A model generated the notes under the pieces. That model was not told the origin of the DNA. It saw only the letters and a list, made by a program, of their open reading frames with translations, and did not search any database. The translations under genes were made by a program, and so were the position numbers. This document shows positions 39,753 to 54,109 of a stretch of DNA of 64,000 nt, one piece after another. Each line of letters opens with the position of its first letter. The first letter of the stretch is position 1. This DNA comes from Octopus vulgaris (taxonomy: Eukaryota), in contig OX597822.1 of NCBI GenBank assembly GCA_951406725.2, positions 95,046,001-95,110,000 of the forward strand, read 5' to 3'.

Positions 39753-39915
39753 TAATAAAAACAGCTAGTTGCAATGTTATACTGTAAAGGAGACTTTATA
39801 GTCGTCAACTAAACGTAACTGAGGGTGTCAAACACCTACATTGCAAGAAATAAGAGCTACAGTGCTCTTATATATACATGCGCAGGTGTGGCTGTGTGGT
39901 AAGAAGCTTGCTTCC

Positions 39916-41628
39916 GCGCATGCGTCGGGTTATTTGCTGTCTGGATTTTGTAAGAGTCGGACGTAGTTTTTCGTGTTGCGTAGATGTACTCAGACCTTGA
40001 CGGATCTGAGTTGTCGTCGTCTTCGTCGGAACTGGTAAGGGCGGTCATAAAGATGGGCGAAGTGTTGAAGAGAAGGAGTTTTGCTGAAGGCACGAAGATG
40101 AAGCGAAGGGAGCTGGACTTGGCTGGTCTGAAGGAGTACGAGAAGATGGCACAGAAGGTGGGCGGCGACGTGAAGTTGTCGCTCCCCAAAGGAATTATGG
40201 AGAGGATGGAGAAGAAAGCAATCACCTTTAAGGTGTACTCGTTAAAAGGAAAAAAGGCAGAGCAGATGGAGGCAGAAGTGGAAATGGCGCCGAGGGAACG
40301 AACAAAGGAGATAAAGTACATAAGGAAGAAGATATGGGACAATGGTCGTCCAGTTTAGGACAGTAGATGAGGCGAGGAGGCTGGCGAGTGTGGCGGTGAA
40401 AACAGAGGAAGTAGTGCTTTTGGCCACGTACCTTGGAAGAAAGACTTCCAAGGTGAGGGTAGAAGCAATTCCACCGGATATAGAAGGGGCTTGGGTAGCT
40501 GCAGATGTCCTTGTTGGAAGCGAGGAGAAGGTGGCTGTCCTCTAAGCCACAGTAACGGAAGGAGGGTGGAAAGGAAGGACACTTGAACTCATTATTCAGA
40601 CGGAGGAGGGTCAACTGGAGACTTGGCAGAGACGTTGACGTTTGGGGAAATCGTGCTGAGGGTGTGGGTAAAGGGCAGAGTACCACGTTGTTTTAAATGT
40701 GGCCAAAGGGCCACATTAGAGCATACTGCCCTCTACAGAGGACAATGGCTGAGGATACAGTTTTGGAGACGGAAGAGAAAAGAGAGGAAGAAAAGACAGA
40801 CGGAGGAAAAGGAGGAAGAATGGAAAGTTACAGAGAGCAGAAAAAAAGAAAAAGAACAGACACCACAAAATTAAGACGTCCCCCCCCCCAGTGAAAAGGT
40901 TACGAATGCATGGCGGAGAGAATGATGACACTAAGTGATGGAGAAACAGGAAAAAAGATTGGACTGAAGGAGAAAAAGGACTTAGGACCTAGAGGCGGCG
41001 CGTGGTGTTACTCAGTATGGGGTGTGTAGTACACTCTTCATAATATTATTTTCAGGTATCATTCATGTTATCATAATTCAATTTGTTTTTCATGTTCATT
41101 TTCATGTGTCATTCATTATATCATATTTTATAGTGGAGGCGCAATGGCCCAGTGGTTAGGGCAGCGGACTCGCGGTCATAGGATCACGGTTTCGATTCCC
41201 AGACCGGGCGTCGTGAGTGTTTATTGAGCGAAAACACCTAAAAGCTCCACGAGGTTCCGGCAGGGGATGGTGGTGATCCCTGCTGTACTCTTTCACCACA
41301 ACTTTCTCTCACTCTTACTTCCTGTTTCTGTTGTACCTGTATTTCAAAGGGCCGGCCTTGTCACTCTCTGTGTCACGCTGAATATCCCCGAGAACTACGT
41401 TAAGGGTGCACGTGTCTGTGGAGTGCTCAGCCACTTACACGTTAATTTCACGAGCAGGCTGTTCCGTTGATTCGGATCAACCGGAACCCTCGTCGTCGTA
41501 ACCGACGGAGTGCTTCATCATATTTTATTTTTATATTTTTAATTGTTATATGTCCCCACATGTGTTGTAGTGTACCCCTCTGTGTAATGTCTTTATGGCA
41601 ATTTAAAAGAAATAGAGAAAGAAATAAA
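39916..41628 (+). mobile_element. Non-autonomous LINE derivative encoding a broken gag-like ORF1 (CCHC knuckle), inserted in a SINE A head
   Basis: PRCFKCGQ/KGHIRAYCP (Cx2Cx4Hx4C across a frameshift); A-rich end with AATAAA; degenerate TSD AAGAAGCTTGCTTCC / AAGATGTTTGCTTCC. Confidence 0.75.
41135..41516 (+). mobile_element. SINE family B (tail type i)
   Basis: TSD ATCATATTTTAT. Confidence 0.94.
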
Positions 41629-42827
41629 GATGTTTGCTTCCCAACCACATGTGCTGAGGTGCTAGTAGTTACTTTTGAAGCGTTCTTCGAACTGCCAAAC
41701 GTCAGTTTACCGGGGAAAGAAACAACACGGTTATCAATAAGAGGATTTGAATTTCATGCATGCAAGGTTTCAAAGCTCTGCGTCACTCCTTCATAGTCCG
41801 TTCGCCTTCGTAAGTCATATTGAAGAGACGGTATAGAATTACGACTATTACAGTTTCATCTGGCGACTTAGAAGAATTGCAATTAAAAACCACTTGTGAA
41901 AATGAACTTGAGGAATAATAGTGGAAGAGAATATTGCATTACAAGAGGGGACGATTAAGAAAGGAGGTGGAAATAAGGGCTTTTTACTGCAAGAAATGTT
42001 TAAAATAGAAATAGAATAGAATTTAATGACGAAATATGATTCCTTAAATATTATGAAATAAATATAAACTAAGTTTAAAAATGAAATGGAATTTTATGAA
42101 GCATTTGTAAAGACAAGCAGTGAGTTGATTGGCAAGGGAATGGTTAAATCGTTGTATTGAATGCCTTGTCTTTATTTTTTTTCGGCTCCTTATACTTTGA
42201 GTTCAAATCCCACGCTGTTCAATTTTGCCTTTCGTCCTTTCTCGGACGATAAATAAAATGCGATTCAAGTACTAGGTGTCGATTCTTTCTTTCTCTTCTC
42301 TTTTTTTTTTTCTCTCTCTCTCTTTCTCTTTGTTGCTTGTTCAGACAACCTCTGTCTGTCTGTCTGTCTGTCTCTTTCTCTTTGCTGCTGTGTTCAAACC
42401 TGGAGACGGATTGGCTCCTTCAGGTTTAGAATGCCCAAGACACACCGTTACTAACAATGGCGCCTCGACAGCAACGCCATCAAGACTCAGCAACAGCAGT
42501 TTGCCCCTGCCCCCACCGCCACCACCACCACTCCACCACCACCACCACTCCACCACCACCACCACCACCACCGCCGCCGCCACCACCACCACCACCACCA
42601 CCACCACCAACCACCAAATACATATAGGCACAGATACATAAATAAATAGTCAATAAAATTGCTCAATAATTAGAACGCGCGTCTTTGAGTTTTACTGATA
42701 GGGAAGTGTAAACTATCTGAATTACATAATGTGATCAACAGTTAGACCACGGTCTAGTGCAGTCTAACCTACAGTTAGACCACATCTAGAACATTCAAGG
42801 TAGTGGCACATTATCAGTTACTCTCTT

Positions 42828-43030
42828 TGCTCTTACTCTTTTACTTGTTTCAAGTCATTTGACAGTGGCCATGCTGGAGCACCGCCTTTAGTCGAGCAAA
42901 TCGACCCCAGAACTTATTCTTTGTAAGCCCAGTACTTATTCTATCGGTCTCTTTTGCCGAACCGCTAAGTTACGAGGACGTAAACACACCAGCATCGGTT
43001 GTCAAGCGATGTTGGTGGGGGGACAAACAC
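42828..43030 (-). mobile_element. SINE family A, 3' half (a matching 5' half lies at 44276-44432)
   Basis: Reverse-complement tail and head separated by microsatellites and ~1 kb of inserted sequence. Confidence 0.85.
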
Positions 43031-43050
43031 ACATACACAAGCATATACAT

Positions 43051-43199
<149 letters not shown>

Positions 43200-43250
43200 G
43201 TGTAGGAAGAAATGGAGCTGAACGAAGATTTAACAAAATTCCTTTTTATT

Positions 43251-43336
43251 ATTTTCTACATATGTTTCAAAGGCTGCAAAGTCCCTAATTCGGATTGAAT
43301 AAGGAGACCATTTTGCAGCCTTCTCTTCAGGAAAAT
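43251..43336 (-). ncRNA. Type I hammerhead ribozyme
   Basis: Minus strand: ATTTTC-CTGAAGA-GAAGGCTGCAAA...TTTGCAGCCTTT-GAAA-CATATG-TA-GAAAAT; perfect 6-bp helix I, 12-bp helix II, palindromic helix III ACAUAUGU, GUA triplet. Confidence 0.9.
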
Positions 43337-44230
43337 CCAGGAACTTAATTCTCCAACAAAATGCACAGCAAGCTCTTCGACAAACGCTCACGAGGAGCCC
43401 ATGGGATAAATGGCACAAAACAGTCTATCAATATGCGTTGACGCCAGGCTGGGTGAAAGCCGACGAAAAAGTCCGTTGAGATAATTCAAGGTCAAAATCC
43501 GGTTAACAGGGGGGAGGGTTACAGGAAAATCAAAGAGTGTGAATGTATTCTGTATGACTGGTGTTAATATTCGAATTGTTTTAAGAATGAGTGCTATAGT
43601 GTTTGGGTGTGAGAAATTGCCTACATGTATGTGTGCGCCTATGTATGTGTGGCAGTGTGTTTAGAAGGCTGCAAGGGAGAGAGATATAGCAGATATTAAT
43701 GGTCAAGCAGCAGAAAAGACTGTGTCTGTGTGTTCGTCTGTAACCAGTTGATAGAGAGATGGAGTGTCAACAATGGCAGGACACAGTGACATCCCTGACA
43801 GCAGTTCTAGATAAGTAGCAGTTCTTACACTAACAGGGGAGTGATTTCCCCTTACAAATTTAATTCAAAATTTTTTTCTTGTCTTAGGAAATCAAGGGGT
43901 TAACTATCTTAGACTTCACAGGAATGAAAGAAATGTGTGCCGTTTCCAGTGTGGGCATCTAAAAGAATTTTGCACAATTGAGTTAACAAGTTGCCCTCGG
44001 GCGAACAGAATATGAAAGAGTTCCGAGTTGCAAAGATTACAGATTCTTTTGCCTCTATCAAACGGTAAAGACACCTAAATATATAAAACTTCAAATTTCC
44101 GCACTAAGGCACGGGTTTGAGACCCCATGGTGTAACCTCAACCGTGATTTTTCTGTTGTGATTTTTGCTACCCAGGTATCGGTTATCATTTGAATAATCC
44201 GTAACAAGATAATTCATTTATCCACTTCAA

Positions 44231-44277
<47 letters not shown>

Positions 44278-44652
44278 GACGAGCTTCTTTCAGTTTCCGT
44301 CTACCAAATCCACTCACAAGGCTTTGGTCGGCCCGAGGCTTTAGTAGTAGAAGACACTTGTCCAAGGTGCCACGCTGTGGGACTGAACCCGGGACCATGT
44401 GGTTGGCAAACAAGCTACTTACCACACAGCCACATATACATACACTCAGCTGGCATAAAATGAGTTGTATCTGTATATCAAAGGGCCAGCTTTGTCACAC
44501 TCTGTGTCACACTGAATCTCCCTTAGAACTACGTTAAGGGTACACGTGTCTGTGGAGTGCTCAGTCACATGCACGTCAATATCACTATCAGGTTGTTCCG
44601 TTGATCGGATCAAATAGAACCTTCACCGTCGTAACCGACGGCGTGCCAGTTT

Positions 44653-44667
44653 ACACACACACACACA

Positions 44668-44738
<71 letters not shown>

Positions 44739-44753
44739 AGAAACACACACACA

Positions 44754-44802
<49 letters not shown>

Positions 44803-44871
44803 ACACACACACAAACACACACACATAAACACACACACGCACACGCACACAAACACACACACACACACACA

Positions 44872-44918
<47 letters not shown>
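44653..44918. repeat. (CA)n microsatellite, ~265 bp
   Basis: Direct reading. Confidence 0.98.
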
Positions 44919-44922
<4 letters not shown>

Positions 44923-45244
44923 GAAGGCGCGTGTGACCTAATGGTTTGGATATTACGCTCATGATCGCGAGATAGTGGGTTTCGGTTCCCGGACCGTGAA
45001 TTGTGTTCTCTTGAGCAAAACAAAGCAAAACACCAAGCTTTGGTCAGCCCGAGGCTACGGTTGAAGGCAGTCAGTCGCCCAAGGTGCCACGCAGTAGGGG
45101 CTGAACTCGTAACTGTGTGGTTGGGAACCGAACTTAATACACACATAACCACACCTGCGTATATATACATGTGTGTGTGTGTGTGTGTGTGTATGTGATG
45201 ATATGTAATCGTATTTTGGATGCTTACATCGTATTTTGGATGCT

Positions 45245-45512
45245 AACGTAGTTCTCGGGGATATTCAGCGTGACACAGAGAGTGACAAGGCCGGCCCCTT
45301 TGAAATACAGGTACAACAGAAACAGGAAGTAAGAGTGAGAGAAAGTTGTGGTGAAAGAGTACAGCAGGGATCACCACCATCCCCTGCCGGAGCCTCGTGG
45401 AGCTTTAGGTGTTTTCGCTCAATAAACACTCACAACGCCCGGTCTGGGAATCGAAACCGTGATCCTATGACCGCGAGTCCGCTGCCCTAATCACTGGGCC
45501 ATTGCGCCTCCA
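45245..45512 (-). mobile_element. SINE family B, 3'-truncated
   Basis: Reverse-complement match. Confidence 0.9.
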
Positions 45513-45852
45513 CTAGAATATAGCAAATATAAACTTGAAAATAAGTTAAAGAACATTATATTAAAACTTGCAGTATTATAATAAGTTTTGCGCTTCGTTG
45601 CAAAATTTCAAATTATATTGATACAAAACGTGTAACAAATAGAGAAATGTCATATCATAAAACGGACTTGATTTATTGAATATATTTATAAAATAGGATG
45701 GTGTGAAACCGTTCCATCAAATCAATATGAATGTGGTTGATGGTGTGGTTACATCTTACATTTAAATTTGATATCTAGACGTTAAATAAACCCAAATGAA
45801 GCTTTTCGATTTAAAACCAAATCAGTCAAAGATTTAATTTCTACTAGTAATA

Positions 45853-46156
45853 TGACCGTGACTGACCAGGCTATCAGATGTTGCTACACATCGCTGGTCA
45901 CAATGCGATTTACATTGTTTTAGCCTTCAAATGACGCCACCTCGCTGGCTAAGCGAGCAGGCCAACAGAAGAAAGAGTGAGAGAAAGTTGTGGCGAAAGA
46001 GTACAGCAGGGATCGCCATCACCCCCTGTCGGAGCCTCGTGGAGCTTTTAGGTGTTTTCGCTCAATAAACACACACAGCGGCCCAGTCTGGGAATCGAAA
46101 CCGCGATCCTCCGACCGCGAGTCCACTGCCCTAACCACTGGACCATTGCGCCTCCA
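45853..46156 (-). mobile_element. SINE family B with alternative tail (type iii)
   Basis: TSD ACTAGTAATAT; the same tail occurs alone at 62392-62508. Confidence 0.9.
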
Positions 46157-46500
46157 CACTAGTAATATAATTGGTATATATGTGTGTGTCCGTGTCCGTC
46201 TGCCCAGGATTGTTTTAAAAATAATACGGTGATATATTGCGTTACATATTGGTAAAATGAAATGAAATAATAGAATGAGAATTAGAAATTTCTGATATAA
46301 GTCCATGTATTATGTCATATCATATTATATTACATATATCAATGATAAGTTACATAATAAACTACGGACATTCTCTATATTTTAATGGAATATTTAGAGT
46401 ACGTTGTACATCATAAAGCTTCCATGAAACTATAAAAGTTTGTAGATTGGATAATAATAATAATAATGATAATAATAATAATAATAATTATTATTATTAT

Positions 46501-46715
46501 TATTTCTACTCTAGGCACAAGGCTTTGAAAACTTTTGGGGGAAGGAAGCTAGTCGATTATATCAACCCCAGTGTGTAACTGGTATTTATTTTATCGACCC
46601 CAGAAGAATGAAGACAGACAAAGTTGACCTCGGCGGATTTGAACGCACGACGTAGCGACGGGCGAAATACCGCTAAGCAGTTCAGCGTGCTTACGATTCT
46701 GCCAGCTCGCCGCCC

Positions 46716-46766
<51 letters not shown>

Positions 46767-46797
46767 CGACAACAACAACAACAACAATAATAATAAC

Positions 46798-46845
<48 letters not shown>

Positions 46846-47054
46846 TTCAAATTGTAGTACAAGGCCAGCAATTTTGGGGGAGAGGATAAGTTGATTACAT
46901 CGACTCCAGTGTTCAACTTGTACTTATTTCATCGACCCCGAAAGGATGAAAGGCAAAGTCGACCTCGGTGGAATTTGAGCTCACAATGTAGCGACAGAAG
47001 AAATACAGCTAAGAAATTCGCCCGGCGTGCTAATGATTCTGCCAGCTTGCCGCC

Positions 47055-47056
<2 letters not shown>
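46501..47056 (-). mobile_element. Two decayed SINE C copies embedded in (AAT)n; further copies at 48512-48726 and 49578-50000
   Basis: Reverse-complement match with a different short tail. Confidence 0.85.
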
Positions 47057-47110
<54 letters not shown>

Positions 47111-47176
47111 TATAATGATAATAATAATAATAATGATAATAATGATAATAATAATAAAATAATAATAATAATAATA

Positions 47177-48490
47177 TTGGGTTGACAACTAAGTTCCCGT
47201 CGATTTTTTATTTTAAATTTTTAAAAAAGTTTAATAAAAAATAACAACTAATTAATCAATAATGTATTCACCCTTGTTGTTTACAACTTCTTCCCAATGT
47301 TCAACAAAACTTTCAATACCTCTTTGGTAGAAATCAGCCGATTTCGACTCGAAAAATTGATCCAACCAATCTCTCAATTCTGCATCAGTACTGAACGAAA
47401 CTCCGCGCATAGCATGTGAAAGAGACCGAAAGAGGTGGAAATCTGTTGCTGCCAAATCAGGAGAGTATGGTGGGTGTGGCAGCACTTCTCAGCGATGTGT
47501 TTGAATGGCTTCCTTGGTCATATTGGCGATATGAGGGCGGGCGTTGTCGTGCAGCAGAAGAACTCCATGCTGCGATTAAATCTTTTCTCTTGAATAGCCG
47601 TGTTGAGTAATTCCATCTGTTGAACATAGAGTTCCGTGTTGACCATTTGGTTCCATTCGTAATGGATAATCTCTTCCCAGTTCCACCATACGCACAACAT
47701 CGTTTTACGCGGATGAAGATCTTGTTTCACACGTGGTGTCGCTTGTTTACTGGGGCTAAGCCATTGCTTACGCTGCTTCATATTGATGTACAGGCACCAT
47801 TTTTCGTTGCCAGTAACGATTCGGTAAAGAAATCGTTGCTTGTGTCCATGAGTTGAGCGGTGACGAGCAAGCAGACCAGCGGAGATTGTGACTCGTTGAC
47901 TTTTGTTGTTGTCACATAAAGCAAGCGGAACCTATGCTCCATACTTCTGAACCTTTCCCATCGAGTGAAGATGCTTCTCTATAGCAGTGTGGGAACATTT
48001 CATTTTCTCTGCCAGTTCCCTTATCGTTTGATGCAAATTTTCATGCAAAAGTTGGTTTAATCTCTCTTCATCGAACTCAACTGGATGGCCAGAATGAGGT
48101 GCGTCTTTGAGGTCAAAATTTCCATTTTTGAACTTGGCATACCAATCACAAGTGGTTCTTTCTGCTATGGCACCCTCTCCATACACAGCACAAATGTCGC
48201 GAGCAGCTTTTGCGGCCTTGGAACCTTGATTAAAAGCAAAAAGAAGGAGGTGTCAAAAATGCTCGTTTTTCTTAACTTGACATTCCATTTTAATGATCTG
48301 AAAATAGAGAAAAATTAACTAAAATTAACTAGAAAAAAACAAAAAACAAAACAAAAAAAAAACAAAAAAACAAAATAGATTCCAAAATGATTAAAAAATA
48401 GAATTCTCGAGAAAAATAGATTCCAAAATTTAAAAACGCAATAAATTCCAGAAACTAATAAAAACGGCGGGAACTTAGTTGCCAACCCAA
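47177..48490 (-). mobile_element. Full-length (1314 bp) inactivated mariner element
   Basis: TA|TTGGGTTGACAACTAAGTTCCCG ... CGGGAACTTAGTTGCCAACCCAA|TA; HTH region (VYGEGAIAERT..WYAKFKNGNFDLKD) and LPHPPYSPDLAATDFHLF; multiple stops and frameshifts. Confidence 0.96.
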
Positions 48491-48727
48491 TAATAATAAT
48501 AATAATGATAATCCTTTCTACTGGAAGCACCAGAACTCAAATTTGGGGGAAGGGATTAAGTCGATTACATCAACCCCAGTGCATAACTGGTACTTATTTA
48601 ATCGACCCCGAAAGGATGAAAGGTAAAGTCGACCCCGGCAGAGTTTGAACTCAGAACGTAGCGGCAGACGAAATGTCGCTAAGCACTTCGCCCGGCGTGC
48701 TAACGATTTTGCCAGCTCGTCGCCTTC

Positions 48728-48762
<35 letters not shown>

Positions 48763-48811
48763 CAATAATAATACTAATAATAATGATAATAATAACAACA
48801 ATACTACTACA

Positions 48812-48888
<77 letters not shown>

Positions 48889-48973
48889 AACTACTACTAC
48901 TACTAATACTACTACTACTACTATAATAATAATAATAGTAATAATGATAACAACAACAACAACAACAACAATG

Positions 48974-49034
<61 letters not shown>

Positions 49035-49054
49035 TAATAAATGACGTGCCTTGA

Positions 49055-50425
49055 TACAGTACCAGGCAGTGACTCTCATGGCTTCTGATCTTAACTGATT
49101 GGAAGTGTTAACATGTACATGGTCCGTCTCTGTACAAATGGTCTGGTCAATACCGCTGATTCGCTTGTCATTTGCCTGACCCTTGGGAGCTGACAGTATT
49201 TACATTTCTGACCACGAGCAGGAGTAGTGGGGGAGCATCATAGCCATGGGTTGAGAAGGATTCTTTGGGGTTTGAATAATTCACCTCTGGAAACATGGAT
49301 GTTTCATTCAACATCCTTAAACAACCCTTATTCAGGGGCCTTTTGAGCAGGATGGGCTACTCGACCAGAAGAAAGTTCTAACTGGGCCCCACCTGCAAGG
49401 TCATGCGCTGTTTATCTTGATATGAGATCACCATGTCGCGCACATATGGTTGTGATGCATGTGCCTGGTGTACCCTTATCAGACGGGTAGTCATGATGGG
49501 TATACTGGGCTTCGTATATTTTACCTCAGTGTCACTTTGATGGCACGAACTGCTCTCTCACTCAATAATAATAATAATTTCAAATTTTGGCACAAGGCCA
49601 GCAAATTTGGGGGAGGGGGTAAGTCGATTACATTGACCTCCAGTACTTGACTGCTACTTATTTCATCGATTCCAAAAGGTTGAAAGAAAGTCGACTTCGG
49701 CAGCATTTGAACTCAGAATGTAAAGACGGGGAAAGTACTGCTAAGCATTTTGTCCAGTCTGCTAACGATTCTGCCAGCGCGCCAACTTCATAATAATCCT
49801 TTCTATTAAAAGCACAAAGTTTGAAATTTGGTGGGAGGGGACTATCGGTTACATCGACACCAGTGTTTAACTGGTACTTGATTTATCGACCCTGAAGGCA
49901 AAGTAGAATTCGGTGGAATTTGAACTCAGAAACGTAAAGACGGACGAAATGCCGCTAAGCACTTTTTGCTCCGGGTGCTAATGGTCCTCCCGGTTCACCT
50001 TAATAATAATGATAAAGGACCTGCTGCAGTATCAGGCAATGACTCCTATGGCTTCTGATCATAATTGATTGGAAGTGTTATCATGTACATGTTTTGGTAT
50101 AAAAGATGGTTTACAGCAAGTATTTTGCTCAATGCCACAGATTTGCTTGTCATTTGCTTGACCTTAACCAGTTGAGCATGTCCCGTAGTGGCTGACGATA
50201 TGTGCATCTCTGATCACGAGCAGGAGTAGCGACGGAGCGCCATGGCCATGTGTTGAGAGAGATTCTTTGGGATTTGAATAACTCACTCTTAGAAACATGG
50301 GTGTTTTGTCCAGCATCCTTAAACAACCCTACTCGACCTGAAGACGTGTAGTCATGATGGGTATATTGGGCTCGTATATTTTCACCCCAATGTCACTTTG
50401 ATGGCAAGAATAGCTCTCTCACTCA
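49055..50425 (+). repeat. Two diverged copies (49055-49565, 50027-50425) of an interspersed repeat ending in (AAT)n, probably a retroposon 3' region
   Basis: Both share ATGGCTTCTGATC..TGATTGGAAGTGTTA.CATGTACAT and end GTCACTTTGATGGCA..GCTCTCTCACTCAATAATAA. Confidence 0.7.
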
Positions 50426-50560
50426 ATAATAACAACAATAATAACAATAATGGAAATGATAATAGCAATAACAATAATAATAATGATGATGATGATGATG
50501 ATAATAATAATAATAATGATAATAATAATGATAATAATAATAATAATAACAATAATAATA

Positions 50561-50591
<31 letters not shown>

Positions 50592-50658
50592 TGTATGCAT
50601 GTATGCATGTACGTATGTATGAATGAATGTATGTATATGAAATATTATTTTCGCAAAT

Positions 50659-51850
50659 TATTGTGCCATCCCATAAATAATGCATTTTTTTCAATTGCAT
50701 GAAGTAAAAGTCGGAGGTTGACGGGATAAACTACTTGTATTAACTTACTATAAAAGTAGGGAGTAATCTTTCCTTGTCTTAATTCTTAGTTTTGAAGGAT
50801 GCAGTTCGATTTTAATAGTTATTTTTTCAGAACTATAATGGAGGTGACAAAGAAGCTTATTCGGCATATTTTACTTAATGAATTCAATAAAGGCAACAAC
50901 GCTACGGAAAGTGCAAGGAATATTAATGCAGTATATGGGGATCGGACAATAAGCGTAAACCAGTGTCAACGGTGGTTCCAGAAATTCCGAGCCGGGAACT
51001 ACAGCTTAGAAGATGAGCTTCGTCTTGGAAGATCTGTAGTACTCGACGAGGGCGTCCCGCAAACCCTGGTGGAACAAAATCCCATCGTAACTGTTGAGAA
51101 ACTAGCAGAGAAGCTTAGATTTGGTAATTCAACCATTTATCGTCACCTGCGTGTCATCGAAAATGTCAGCAGATTGGGTCAATAGTTCCTCACAAACCTT
51201 CCGAGTCTAATCACGTGCAGAGAGTGAATGTTTGCTCTTTGCTGCCACGTCTCACGAATGAACCTTTTATTGGACCGAATAGTGACTGGTGACAAGAAAT
51301 GTGTTCTCTCTAAAAATGCCCAGCGCCGAAGACAGTGGGTAGGGAAAGGAGAAACACCGGTAGCCCAGGCTAAAGAAGGTCTTCACCCACATAAGGTGTT
51401 CTTATCTGTTTGGTGAGATATGAAAGGTTTAGTCCACTTTGAACTTTTAAGTCCGAACCAAACGATAACAAAGGAGATGTACTGCGAGCAGCCTGAGCGG
51501 CTTAAGTCAGCGTGAGAAGAAAAACGACCATCTTTGGTCTCAAGACGAAAGATATTCCTCCTTCAGAGTAATGCTCGGCCATATACAGCGAGGATGACAT
51601 CCCAAAGGTTGGAACAATGTCCACCTACCACATTCGCCGGATATTTCCCCATCTGATTATCATTTATTCCGCAGTCTTCAAAATCATTTGGACGGAAAAA
51701 GTATGAATTTCTGTAGATGAGGTCAGAACAGTACTGGAGGAGTATTTTTCGCCACGGGCAAGTAAATTTTGGAAGAGGTGCCTTGCAAGTCTACCAGATA
51801 GATCGAAGAGCCTAGTAGAAAATGAAGGAGGGTATATTTTAAATTAAAAA
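50659..51850 (+). mobile_element. Inactivated mariner transposase
   Basis: MEVTKKLIRHILLNEFNKGNNATESARNINAVYGD..QRWFQKFRAG; LDRIVTGDK; HSPDISPSDYHLFRSLQ; multiple stops; right TIR not found. Confidence 0.93.
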
Positions 51851-51974
51851 CGAACTTTGTTTATCATAATTTTGAAAAATATAAGTGTATAAAAAGTATA
51901 TATTATTTCTACATTGTAGAAATACATTATTTCTACAATGTATTGTTTTAGAATTAATGTGTCTCTGCGCATAC

Positions 51975-52190
<216 letters not shown>

Positions 52191-52472
52191 ACATATATAC
52201 ATACACACACACACCTCACAATTCTATCACATTTTAATTTTATTTTATAGTATTTTATTAAATTTACTTTTGTTTATTTTCTTTGTTTTTAACTTCCATC
52301 GTCTGAGCTGTTTTCGTAAAATATCGTAAAATTACTAAACCTCCTCACCCCATTCATGCCGTTCCCATTGTATATTAAGTGTTTTTACTCTCCCACTAGC
52401 ACTTACTTCTCAAAATGTATAAGCAATATATTTATATCGGAATGTCGCAATGTCTTTTCCACTTAATTTAAA

Positions 52473-52534
<62 letters not shown>

Positions 52535-52644
52535 TTATATATTTATATATATAATAATATCTATATTTATATTATTCGTTATTTATGTATTGGTTTATGT
52601 CTATCACTGTTTGAGTTGCATAATAGTAGTTTTATCTCTAATTC

Positions 52645-52691
<47 letters not shown>

Positions 52692-52725
52692 ATATGTATG
52701 TGTGTATATATATATACACACACAG

Positions 52726-52759
<34 letters not shown>

Positions 52760-53272
52760 GTATGTATCTTCACGACTTTAAATTGCATCCGTTAGTGTGA
52801 CCCTGGATCAGGAGTTTCAGGTTATTTTAGGTGAGTGGCACTACCTCTTAGCCAATATTGATCCCAGATCTGTTCTGACTCGGATTACTAGGACCTGTAA
52901 AGGGCCCTGCTACGAGTTAATTACCGTACCAGGGTTCGCCTACCTCTGCATCTGACGATTGGATCCGACGGACTCTGCAGAAGAAACCTTCTCGGTTAAA
53001 CTGAAGGGAAAGCGGTTGCAGGAACTCAATGTGTAGCGCAGAGGGGCGAGATGAAGCAAGTAAGACTTCTTGGTCGTCCACTGCCTCAGTCTCCATCTCC
53101 AGCCGTCTCGACTTGGTCTTGGCACAAGATGGCAAATGGTCACGGACGAGGGAGTGTGGCCGACGGTGCGCCAATCTTGTTCACTTTAGTCATCGCGCAA
53201 GTCATCAATTATCCTTAAGGATGATTAAGATGATTCTCATCGCCCTGACGGACGAACGTGATGAATGTATTT

Positions 53273-53336
<64 letters not shown>

Positions 53337-53641
53337 AGGAGAGAGAGCGCGAGAGAGACTGATATAGTGGACGAGTGGACTAAACAACCTGCAGTAATCT
53401 GTAATTGTCGGAGTTCAAGTCAAATTGGAGCCAATTTTTCCCTTCTTTTATCCAGTATCGATAAAATATGTACCAGTTATAGTACCGGATATCAATCAAA
53501 TCAATTGTCCCCACCCACCGTTCCCTAAAATGACTATGTCACCGTGAAGCATGAATGATATTAATCTAGATACTTATTTCCTATATTACTACATCGCATA
53601 AATATCAAATACCGTTTTGTTTAACATTGGTACACACATAC

Positions 53642-53680
<39 letters not shown>

Positions 53681-54109
53681 GACACACATACACGCTTGCA
53701 CACGCACGCACACGCACGCACACACACATGTACGCACACCCACACATACACAAATGTGTATATGTGTGCGTAGAGGCTCCTTCGTTTGTTGGTATGTTGT
53801 ATTCTAAGATGAACTGTTGTTTCTTGAGGCGCCTTCCTTCTGATTCCTGCTTATACAAACCATCAATAGCCAATCAATTTAGGGACTGCTGTGCGTTGCT
53901 GGGCCTTCGTTATATTCTTGCTAACGCAAACTTTCTTGAGCTCTTTGCTTTCTATGGAAAATAGGGTCACCGATGATTTTTTTTCCCACTCTTTCCGACT
54001 CTGGGCTGTTTTTGCCGCTTCCCTCCAGTTGGATTCGTCCGGTACGAAAGAAGTATGATTCATCCCCTAGTATTATTGATTTTGAATCATCCTTGATGCT
54101 ACTGTAAGT

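Noticed and set aside
47177-48490. Active or domesticated mariner transposase (also 50838-51845)
   Set aside because: Multiple stops and frameshifts.
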